Source of the DNA: Clostridia bacterium
Lineage (GTDB): Bacteria > Bacillota > Clostridia > Christensenellales > UBA1242
Length of the DNA: 43,882 nt
Direction of reading: 5' to 3'
Assembly: GCA_017505165.1 (NCBI GenBank)
Contig: JAFVPU010000138.1
Location: 1 to 43,882, forward strand
The position numbers and the translations under genes are program-made. The notes under the pieces are model-generated. The model made no database searches. It saw only the letters and a list, made by a program, of their open reading frames with translations, and had not been told where the DNA came from. Shown here one piece after another: positions 26,546 through 34,910 of the stretch (position 1 is its first letter; each line of letters starts with the position of its first letter).

Positions 26546-27148
26546 TTATTTAGATTTTTTTGAATTTTGTGCTTTCAACAAATCTCTTATTTCTGTCAAG
26601 AGTTCTTTTTCACTTGGGTTTTTGAGTTTTTCTTCTGCTTCAAGACGTAACTTTTCTTCCATTGCCAACTTTGCTTTTTCTTGTTTGATTCTTTCTTGTT
26701 CTGCGAGATGTTCTTTCCACAAAATTTTGAATTTCTTCTTTTCTGCTTTTGCTTGTGCTTTGATTATTTTCTTTTGCTCACGAATTTCTTTTTTAGATTG
26801 CATTTCAAGGAATTCGTTCAAATCTTTCAATCTTTCTCTAGAAGCATTTATCACCTTTACCATCATAAACACAGAGAATGCAATAATCAAAAAGTCGATT
26901 ACGGTTTGGATAAAATTACCATATGCCCATGTCAGAGTAGGAGCGCCAGAAGCATCACGTCTGAGAACGATACTCAAAGCGGACAAACTTGACTTTCCTG
27001 TAGAATAAGTAATAAGTGGCATAATCAAATCATTAACCAAACTTGATACTATTTTATTGAAAGCTGTAGCAATAATTAAACCAACAGCCAAATCAATCAC
27101 ATTACCTTTTGATATAAAAGTTTTAAATTCTTTAAAAAATTTTTTCAT
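26546..27148 (-). CDS. mscL: large-conductance mechanosensitive channel with expanded charged linker
   Basis: FKEFKTFISKGNVIDLAVGLIIATAFNKIVSSLVNDLIMP and a C-terminal ELLTEIRDLLKAQ helix match MscL. 200 aa, against roughly 130-150 aa usually. Confidence 0.85.
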   Translation of the reverse strand: MKKFFKEFKTFISKGNVIDLAVGLIIATAFNKIVSSLVNDLIMPLITYSTGKSSLSALSIVLRRDASGAPTLTWAYGNFIQTVIDFLIIAFSVFMMVKVINASRERLKDLNEFLEMQSKKEIREQKKIIKAQAKAEKKKFKILWKEHLAEQERIKQEKAKLAMEEKLRLEAEEKLKNPSEKELLTEIRDLLKAQNSKKSK

Positions 27149-27399
27149 AATTACTTCCTTTTTATTAGTCTAACACATAAAAAAATATTTTACAAATGAA
27201 TTTACTAAGGTATAAATATATTTAAAAAATGTTTTGTATCGAAAAAAATAGTAAATATGGTAATTTTTGTCATAAAAAATGTAGATAAATGTCGTAAAAT
27301 TGTTTGACTAATTAATAATAAATTTGTTATTATTAAGACAAGATTAGTGGCAAATAAATTTTGAATACAATTTCATAATGCTTATTAAGGGGGAAAAGT

Positions 27400-29841
27400 A
27401 TGATAGAAATTAAAAATTTAACTAAGACATATCATAATCATAATCAAGATTTCGAAGGCTTGAAAAATGTTACTTTGACATTGCCAGACGAAGGCTTGAT
27501 TTTTATTACGGGTGAAAGTGGAAATGGTAAGAGTACACTTCTTAATGTCTTATCAGGTCTTGACAGTTATGACAAAGGTCAAATATTAATTAATGGTATT
27601 GATCTTAATTCTTTGACAGATTCTGAAATGTTTGCTTATAGAGCAAATTATTCAAGTTTTATGTTTGAAGATAACAATCTCATTGAGGATCTTAATGTTA
27701 TCGAAAATATTAAACTTGGTGCAGAATTTAATGGAAAGAAATTGAGTGATGATACTATCACTAACATTCTTGATGTTCTCAAGATTGGGGATAAGAAATT
27801 GTCAAAACCGAACGAACTCAGTTGTGGACAACGTCAAAGAGTTTGTATGGCAAGAGCTTTAATAAAAGAACCAAAAGTTTTCTTCGTTGATGAACCATCT
27901 GGACACTTGGACAAAGAAAATGCTGAATTGATTTGGCAAGTGCTCAAGAAGTTGAGTGAAGATATTTTAGTTGTGGCTGTTTCACATGATGACACTGTTG
28001 TGAAAAAATATGCGGATAGAACAATCAAACTTAAAGAAGGTAAGGTTGATGCTGATTCTGATCCAATTCCTACAACAAGAATCAAGAGTAAAGACGTGAA
28101 ACCAATGTCTTTTGATAGATATGGAAGAATTGGAAACAAAAACCTTATGAAATTATCATTTGGTAACTTGAAATTGAGAATGTTTAGATCAATCATTTGT
28201 ATAGTTTTGTCAATTGTTTCACTCTTGATGTTTAGTACATTCTATATTCTTCAAAGTTATGACGGATATGATGTTCAAGCAAACTTCACACATGAAAGTA
28301 AAGTAAAATACATATCTTTCACAGATGATGGAAAAATAACGAACGAAGATTACAGTAAAATTTATGACAAAATGAGTGGATATCAATTCTACAAAAATAC
28401 TCAAACAAATTTACCAATCGGTATTCAAACTGAAACAAACAAACATGATCCAAACACTTCAAAAGCAATTATTTCAAGTGTAATGGAAGTTGAAAATGTA
28501 TTGATTGATGGAAAGAATACATTTGGTCAAAGATTGGTATATGGTGCATATCCAATCGAAGACAAAGTATCTGGAATTGTTGTTTCTGATTATATAGCAG
28601 ACTTGATTTTGAAATACGGTTCATATGTAAAAACGACTACAGAACAAGAATCTTTCAAGGTGTTGAATTCTTATAATGATTTTGCCACACATCGAATTCA
28701 GATAGGTGAAAAAACTCAATACGTTTACATCACAGGTGTATACGAAACAAATTATAAAGATTATCTCAATTCTGATTTTGAACTTAAAAAGGGAGCAGAT
28801 AAAACAGAATATGAATACTTCTACAAGAATTTATATACTGTAGGACATGTTAAAGGTGGAGAAGATGGATTTGTTAACGCATTGGTATCTTCTGTGAACC
28901 GAATTGATAATATCAATATTGTTATAACACATGCAACTTATGGTGATGTTGATTTGACTGCTGAAACGTTCAAAAAATCAGATTCGTTAGGAGGAAATAA
29001 AATCAGCATTCCTTATACAGTTTACAATGATATATTCAAACCAGAAACTGCACTTAATGTTGATTACTTCGGTGGTCAAGATTCAAAGTCAATTGGTGAT
29101 GTGTTTAAAGATACAGGAAAGAGCAATACAACTATACACATCAGTGTTGCTGGTGGAGAATCAAAGAGATATGAAATTGTTAGTGTAAATAATACAGACA
29201 GTGTATTCGAAGTTTCTGCTGACATGTTTACAGGTAAACCTTATGCTGCAATTGATGAAACTATTTACGAAGGTGTTGTAAGAGATAGTATGTATCCTAC
29301 AACAAGTGTTGTGGTATCAACTGCAAAAGTTAAAGAATTGTCTGACATGATCAGAATTATGACAAACAATGGTTATGAATATAGCTCTCTTGCAAGTGAA
29401 GATATAGATGATTTTACAAGCAAGATTGAAACCTTCTCAAGTGCATTGTTAGTGTGTGCAATTATTACAGCTGTGTTCTCAACTGTTTTGATGTATACAT
29501 TCATTAATAATATCATTGAAGATAGAAGAAAGGATAATGGATTGTTATTGTCTCTTGGTGCAACAAAAGGCGATATTATGAAGATATTCTTGATGACTGC
29601 TATGATGGTTGCTGGAACAGTATTCATTGGTGCTAGCCTTATGACTGGTGTGATGAGTGCTATACTTAATAGCAAAGCTGTTACAGGATTGGTGTTCAAT
29701 ATATTCAATGTAAACGCTTTGAGTTTCTTGTATACATTTGGATTGACAGTGTTGGTTGTTGGAATAGCTGTACTTGTTCCAATGATTCAATTCTCAAAAA
29801 GACGTCCAATTCAAATCATGAAAGATTCAAAAATTCGTTAA
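27400..29841 (+). CDS. fused ABC transporter ATPase/permease (MacB/FtsX-like)
   Basis: N-terminal ATPase with GESGNGKST (Walker A), LSCGQRQR (signature) and FFVDEPSGHLD (Walker B). Then one TM segment, a large extracytoplasmic domain, and a C-terminal FtsX-type 3-TM domain. Confidence 0.8.
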   Translation: MIEIKNLTKTYHNHNQDFEGLKNVTLTLPDEGLIFITGESGNGKSTLLNVLSGLDSYDKGQILINGIDLNSLTDSEMFAYRANYSSFMFEDNNLIEDLNVIENIKLGAEFNGKKLSDDTITNILDVLKIGDKKLSKPNELSCGQRQRVCMARALIKEPKVFFVDEPSGHLDKENAELIWQVLKKLSEDILVVAVSHDDTVVKKYADRTIKLKEGKVDADSDPIPTTRIKSKDVKPMSFDRYGRIGNKNLMKLSFGNLKLRMFRSIICIVLSIVSLLMFSTFYILQSYDGYDVQANFTHESKVKYISFTDDGKITNEDYSKIYDKMSGYQFYKNTQTNLPIGIQTETNKHDPNTSKAIISSVMEVENVLIDGKNTFGQRLVYGAYPIEDKVSGIVVSDYIADLILKYGSYVKTTTEQESFKVLNSYNDFATHRIQIGEKTQYVYITGVYETNYKDYLNSDFELKKGADKTEYEYFYKNLYTVGHVKGGEDGFVNALVSSVNRIDNINIVITHATYGDVDLTAETFKKSDSLGGNKISIPYTVYNDIFKPETALNVDYFGGQDSKSIGDVFKDTGKSNTTIHISVAGGESKRYEIVSVNNTDSVFEVSADMFTGKPYAAIDETIYEGVVRDSMYPTTSVVVSTAKVKELSDMIRIMTNNGYEYSSLASEDIDDFTSKIETFSSALLVCAIITAVFSTVLMYTFINNIIEDRRKDNGLLLSLGATKGDIMKIFLMTAMMVAGTVFIGASLMTGVMSAILNSKAVTGLVFNIFNVNALSFLYTFGLTVLVVGIAVLVPMIQFSKRRPIQIMKDSKIR

Positions 29842-29871
29842 TATAATCTGATTCAGTAAAATTTTAATTTA

Positions 29872-29906
29872 AAAAAACACTTTGCGATTTTGCAAAGTGT
29901 TTTTTA
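29872..29906. terminator. bidirectional intrinsic terminator
   Basis: CACTTTGC / GCAAAGTG hairpin flanked by an A-run and a T-run. Confidence 0.8.
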
Positions 29907-29908
29907 TT

Positions 29909-32900
29909 TTATCTTTTGATTTTAATAGTGATTTGTTCGTCGCCTATTTCAATAGTACTTGAATATTCTGAATCGTCAAATACTGCAATTTCTTTAATCA
30001 AAAGTTCTGATTTGATTTTGTCCATGTATTTATTTAATATTTCGTTCAAATCAGTTCCATTTGTTGAGAATTCAGCAATAATTCTATCTTCAACATTGAA
30101 TCCAGCATCTTTTCTCATTACTTGAGCAGAGCGGATAAGCTCACGAGCCAAACCTTCAAGCATCAATTCACGATCGATTGTGATATCAAGAACGACTGTA
30201 ATTTCATTTTCATTAGAAATTACAAATTCATCTTTTGCTTTAGTGTTAAGAGTGAATAATTCGCTGGCAAGATTTGTGAATTCGTGTATATCAACACTAC
30301 CATTTTTATAACCAGCTACCATTTTTGACATTTCATCATCAGTTGCATTTGACAAATAGTTCTTCACTTTTTGTACATCACCTTTAAGCACAGCGCCAGC
30401 TTTACGGAAATCAAGGCCTAAGAATTCGATATTGAATTTTGAATTATCTTGTTCCATAACAACATTTTTGATATTGAGTTCACTTTTAATGATATCACGG
30501 TACAATTCAACAGCACGAGCAACATCTTCATTACCATTGATATACATAGTTTTAAGTGGTTGTTTCACTTTGATTTGATTTTCATTTCTGAGTTTGCTTG
30601 CCATTGTGAATATATCACGAACATAGTCTGTCAAGAGAGTATAACCTTCGTCTTTTACTTTAAATTCTGCGATTGCATAGCGGTGTAGTGCAACACTTTC
30701 TTCAGCGTTATTGTCAAGAGATTTCACCGCATTTTGCCACAAATATTCGCTTATAAATGGTATGATTGGGAACATAACCATAGATATGTTTTTGATTGCA
30801 TAGTGCAAGCAGAAATAAGCGTTCATTGTGTCGATATTGTCTTCGCTCTTGTAGAATCTACGACGATTGTTTCTGATATACCAGTTTGTCAATTCGTCAA
30901 CAAGCATTTCAAAATCTTTGCTAACTCCACCAAAATCTTGATTTGAGTAACAATTGTGAGCATTTTCAGTGAATTCGTTTATGCGATTGATCAACCATTT
31001 GTCCATAAATGTCAAACTGCTTTCATCAGGAGTGAAATTGGTCAAATCTGGCTTATCAATGCAAGCATAAGTATTCAAGAAAATGTACGCGTTCCACAAA
31101 CCTAATATTTTGCGTTTTACTTCATCACATGTGTCTCTTCCGAATTTTACGTCATTGATGAGAGGAGTAGCAACAAAATTGTATCTGATAATATCTGCAC
31201 CAATTTCTTCAAATGCAGTATCAAGTGGAATGTTGTTAGGACTTGATTTACTCAATTTCTTTCCGTCTTGAGCAAGGAGCATAGGAGTGCATCCGATACG
31301 TTTGTATGGTGCTTTTCCGGTGAGAACAACACTCATAACCAACAAAGAATAGAACCACAAACGAACTTGCTCTTTTCCTTCAATTACACATTCCACAGGG
31401 AAATTCTTTTCAAAGAAATCTTTGTCAGTGAAATATTTCTTTGTACTAAATGGAGTGATACCAGCATCAAGCCAGCAATCTCCAACTTCTTTGATACGTT
31501 CGACTTTGCTTCCGCAGTGAGGACAAGTGATTTTGATTTTATCAATATAAGGTCTATGAAGATGTGGTAATGATTCAACTTCTTCAGCGCTAGACAATTT
31601 TTTAAATGTTTCGAGACTGTCAACAACAGTCAATTCTCCACATTCTTTACAAGGGTAGAATGGAAGTGGTAGACCATAATAACGAGAACGACTGATTGCC
31701 CAGTCTCCCATATTATTCAACCAGTCCAACATACGCTTTTTCATAAAGTCAGGACTGAATTTTACAGGTTCAATTGCATTGATGAGTTGAGGGCGAAGTT
31801 CGTCCATTTTGATAACCCATTGATCAACAAGGCGGAACAACAATGGATTTTTACATCTCCAACAGTGAGGATAAGCATGTGTATATTTGTGAGTGTAATA
31901 CAATTTGTTACGTTTTTTCATTTCTTCGAATACGAAATCACGCAATTCATCCGTGTTGGCATTTCTGCCAGCAAATATTCCAAAGTTGCTGTAATAAATA
32001 CCAGCTTCATCAATTGGCATTACGTTTGGCAAGCCTAATTGTTTTCCAAGTTCAAAGTCGGCATCACCACATCCAGGAGCGATATGTACAGCACCTGTAC
32101 CTTCGCTTGAATCAACCAAATCCCAAGCAACAATTTTGTGCTCAAAGTTTTGTTCGCTGAGCTCAGGGAAGCATGTATCATAAGTCAAACCAACCAATTC
32201 GCTACCTTTTATAGTCTTTACAACTTCAACAACGTCATCTTTTAAAACTTTCATAACGTTTGCGCAAACAATGACGTTACGATCACTTGATTTTATTTTG
32301 ACGATATTATAATCAAGTTCAGGATTTACAGCAATGGCCACATTTGCTGACAATGTCCATGGTGTAGTGGTCCATACCAACATATCGTTGTTGCTATCTT
32401 TGATTGGGCATTTGAAGAAAATTGCAAGGCAAGTTACGTCTTTATAAGCATCTTGATCACTCATTTCGTGATCGGATAAACTTGTTCCACAACGAGTACA
32501 CCAACGCATAATACGATGGCTGTTTGAAATATAACCTTTGTCTTGACATTTTTTGAGGAAATGCCAGATGGTGGTGATATTGTTGTCGCTGTTTGTATAG
32601 TAACTGTCATCCCAATTCATCCATTGTCCAAGACGAATAGAACTTTGAGTTTGACTTTTTGAGTATTTATCAACGGTTTGCAAGCATTTCTCAACAAATT
32701 TGTCTATGCCATAGGCTTCAATATCTTTTTTGCTGTTTAAGCCAAGTTCACCTTCTACACGGAGTTCGACAGGGAGACCATGTGCGTCGAAACCATTTTG
32801 GAAATGTTCATCACAACCATTTATCGCAGCGAACTTAATCATAGCATCTTTGAAAGTTCTATTATATGCATGATGAAGACCCATATTATAGTTTGCTGTG

Positions 32901-33043
32901 ATTGGGCCATCAAGGGTGGCAAAAAATTTGCCTGTACGCTTGTTTTGTTCTTTTAATTTTTCAAAGATTTTCTCATCCTGCCAAAATTTCAAAACTTGAT
33001 TTTCCATCTCGACATAATTAAGGTTTCCTTGTTCTTTTTTCAT
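29909..33043 (-). CDS. ileS: isoleucine--tRNA ligase
   Basis: WTTTPWTLSANVAIAV, GTGAVHIAPGCGDADFELG, YPHCWRCKNPLLFR and KLSKS motifs. ATG 33043 is preferred over the track's TTG 33079. Confidence 0.9.
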   Translation of the reverse strand: MKKEQGNLNYVEMENQVLKFWQDEKIFEKLKEQNKRTGKFFATLDGPITANYNMGLHHAYNRTFKDAMIKFAAINGCDEHFQNGFDAHGLPVELRVEGELGLNSKKDIEAYGIDKFVEKCLQTVDKYSKSQTQSSIRLGQWMNWDDSYYTNSDNNITTIWHFLKKCQDKGYISNSHRIMRWCTRCGTSLSDHEMSDQDAYKDVTCLAIFFKCPIKDSNNDMLVWTTTPWTLSANVAIAVNPELDYNIVKIKSSDRNVIVCANVMKVLKDDVVEVVKTIKGSELVGLTYDTCFPELSEQNFEHKIVAWDLVDSSEGTGAVHIAPGCGDADFELGKQLGLPNVMPIDEAGIYYSNFGIFAGRNANTDELRDFVFEEMKKRNKLYYTHKYTHAYPHCWRCKNPLLFRLVDQWVIKMDELRPQLINAIEPVKFSPDFMKKRMLDWLNNMGDWAISRSRYYGLPLPFYPCKECGELTVVDSLETFKKLSSAEEVESLPHLHRPYIDKIKITCPHCGSKVERIKEVGDCWLDAGITPFSTKKYFTDKDFFEKNFPVECVIEGKEQVRLWFYSLLVMSVVLTGKAPYKRIGCTPMLLAQDGKKLSKSSPNNIPLDTAFEEIGADIIRYNFVATPLINDVKFGRDTCDEVKRKILGLWNAYIFLNTYACIDKPDLTNFTPDESSLTFMDKWLINRINEFTENAHNCYSNQDFGGVSKDFEMLVDELTNWYIRNNRRRFYKSEDNIDTMNAYFCLHYAIKNISMVMFPIIPFISEYLWQNAVKSLDNNAEESVALHRYAIAEFKVKDEGYTLLTDYVRDIFTMASKLRNENQIKVKQPLKTMYINGNEDVARAVELYRDIIKSELNIKNVVMEQDNSKFNIEFLGLDFRKAGAVLKGDVQKVKNYLSNATDDEMSKMVAGYKNGSVDIHEFTNLASELFTLNTKAKDEFVISNENEITVVLDITIDRELMLEGLARELIRSAQVMRKDAGFNVEDRIIAEFSTNGTDLNEILNKYMDKIKSELLIKEIAVFDDSEYSSTIEIGDEQITIKIKR

Positions 33044-33091
33044 AATTAAATCATTGCTCCTTTTTTTATTTGTTGTCAAACTGATTACTAC

Positions 33092-33120
33092 AAAAAATGT
33101 CAGCGCTTTGCCGACATTTT
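33092..33120 (-). terminator. attenuator terminator in the ileS leader
   Basis: RNA AUGUCGGC-AAAGC-GCUGACAU (8 bp including one G-U) followed by UUUUUU, about 50 nt upstream of the ileS ATG. Confidence 0.65.
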
Positions 33121-33158
33121 GTAATTTTTATTTAATTCATGACAGGCAAAACGCACAT

Positions 33159-33230
33159 CTACTTCTTTTTAGATGGTAAAATAATATTGCCTATAATAAT
33201 AGTATATATGATTATGCTAAATAATGTCAT
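33159..33230 (-). CDS. candidate ileS leader peptide MTLFSIIIYTIIIGNIILPSKKK*
   Basis: 23 codons, 8 of them Ile (ATA, ATC and ATT all used). The ATG lies 7 nt after the -10 box and has no SD. An in-frame ATG at 33236 would add MT. Confidence 0.4.
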   Translation of the reverse strand: MTLFSIIIYTIIIGNIILPSKKK

Positions 33231-33237
33231 TGTCATA

Positions 33238-33266
33238 ATTTTATCAAACCATTCCGCATTTGTCAA
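33238..33266 (-). promoter_or_regulatory. consensus extended -10 promoter of the ileS leader
   Basis: Minus strand: TTGACA 33266-33261, 17-nt spacer, TGaTAAAAT (-10 at 33243-33238). Confidence 0.65.
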
Positions 33267-33287
33267 TAAATTTTCGATATATTTTCA

Positions 33288-33953
33288 CTAGATTTGCCAA
33301 TCGATTGGTTGGAGATTGTTTTTAGTGAGGAATTCGTTGGTTTTGCTGAAATGCTTATTACCAAAGAATCCGTTATATGCTGAGAATGGACTAGGGTGAG
33401 CAGAAGATAAAACCAGATGGTTTGGATTATTGAGAATTGGCAAGAAAGATTTTGCATGATTTCCCCATAGAAGAAACACTATTGGCTGGTTGAGTTCGTT
33501 GATTATTTTCACAACTTCTGTCGTGAATTGGTGCCAAAGTTTGTTCGAATGGCTGGCTGGCAAATGCTCGATTACACTCAAACTTGTATTGAGAAGAACA
33601 ACTCCTTGTTTTGCCCAAGGACTAAGGTCGGTTGAACTTGACATTTCGATGCCTAAATCATCATGAATTTCTTTGAAAATGTTTCTCAGACTTGGTTGAG
33701 GCGTGTTGTTATGACAACTGAAAGCAAGACCATCAGCTTGACCTTTTGTATGGTATGGGTCCTGGCCGATAATGACAACCTTTATATCTTTTGGAGAAAC
33801 GAAATTAAGTGCATTAAAAATTTTTTCTTTTGGTGGAAAAATTGTTTTTGTATTATATTCATTTTCTAACCAAGAGAAAAGTTCTCGTTTGTATTCCATA
33901 GGAAAACGATTTGAAAGTATTTCGCTCCAATCTTTTGATAAATTGTAATTCAT
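33288..33953 (-). CDS. ung: uracil-DNA glycosylase (family 1)
   Basis: VVIIGQDPYH, GVVLLNTSLSV and HPSPFSA motifs. TGgTATAAT lies 6 nt upstream of the ATG, with no SD. Confidence 0.9.
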   Translation of the reverse strand: MNYNLSKDWSEILSNRFPMEYKRELFSWLENEYNTKTIFPPKEKIFNALNFVSPKDIKVVIIGQDPYHTKGQADGLAFSCHNNTPQPSLRNIFKEIHDDLGIEMSSSTDLSPWAKQGVVLLNTSLSVIEHLPASHSNKLWHQFTTEVVKIINELNQPIVFLLWGNHAKSFLPILNNPNHLVLSSAHPSPFSAYNGFFGNKHFSKTNEFLTKNNLQPIDWQI

Positions 33954-34127
33954 GAGATAATTATACCATAAAATTATTCAAAAGTCTAAAAATTTCTGTA
34001 AAACAATTACAAATTTTTTTGATATACGAGCGAAGATTGATGTAAAAATATTGTCGATTTTTTTATAAAACAGAGTAAGACAGATTTTTGCTTGCTTTTT
34101 TATAGAAATATTTTTATACTAATATTG

Positions 34128-34910
34128 ATGATATTGCACTTTACACCAAAAAATGAGTTGTTTTCAATAGGGAATTTGACCATTACAATGTATGGTCTTC
34201 TTTTGGCACTCGGAATGGTGGCGGGGCTATTGATGACCTGTTATTTGGCAAAAAAGAGAAATATAAAATCTGATGATATTGTTGTGCTTGCTTTGTATGT
34301 TTTCCCTTTGGCAATTTTGGGCGCTAGAATATATTATTGCATATTTTACTTTCAAGAAATATCATTTTCTGAATTCTTCAAATTTACTGATGGTGGACTT
34401 GCTGTGATTGGCTCAATTATAGGTGGAATTATAGGTGGATTGTTGTATTCGCTAATACACAAAAAAAGCTTTTTGAACTTATTTGATATTGTTGTTGCGG
34501 GACTTGCTTTGGGTCAGGCGATTGGAAGAATAGGATGTTATTTTGGAGGGTGTTGCTTTGGTGAAATAGTAACACAAGAAAGTCTCCAATTTTTCCCGAT
34601 AAGTATTCAGATTGATGGTATTTGGCATTATGCAACATTCTTTTATGAAAGTGCATGGAATATTATTGGTTTTGCTATGCTTATATTTGTGTTTAATAAG
34701 ACAAAATCACTTGGAATTCCAACGGCAACATATTTGATATGGTATGGTGTAGGAAGAAGTTTAATTGAAGGAATAAGAGGAGATTCTTTATATCTAGGTA
34801 ACACAAATATAAGGATTTCACAATTGTTGAGCATTGTTATGATTGTAATAGGTGTTGCGATAATTGTATTCAACATTATCAAAACAAAAAAGGAGAAGAA
34901 AAATGGGTAA
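34128..34910 (+). CDS. lgt: prolipoprotein diacylglyceryl transferase
   Basis: FSIGNLTITMYGLLLALG, GARIYYCIFY and GQAIGRIGCYFGGCCFG are Lgt signatures. Start ATG 34128 gives a typical Lgt N-terminus. TTGCTT-17-TATACT-7 nt-ATG. Confidence 0.85.
   Translation: MILHFTPKNELFSIGNLTITMYGLLLALGMVAGLLMTCYLAKKRNIKSDDIVVLALYVFPLAILGARIYYCIFYFQEISFSEFFKFTDGGLAVIGSIIGGIIGGLLYSLIHKKSFLNLFDIVVAGLALGQAIGRIGCYFGGCCFGEIVTQESLQFFPISIQIDGIWHYATFFYESAWNIIGFAMLIFVFNKTKSLGIPTATYLIWYGVGRSLIEGIRGDSLYLGNTNIRISQLLSIVMIVIGVAIIVFNIIKTKKEKKNG

Noticed and set aside
26511-27008. 165-aa ORF (and the 103-aa ORF at 26681-26992) on the plus strand
   Set aside because: They are antisense to the well-supported mscL gene. The low-complexity F/S/L-rich translation is the mirror of the K/E-rich linker.
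27312-27336. 10-bp perfect inverted repeat TTAATAATAA-N5-TTATTATTAA over the ABC transporter promoter
   Set aside because: It is made purely of A/T in an AT-rich promoter spacer. Chance palindromes of this kind are expected, and no partner regulator gene is adjacent.
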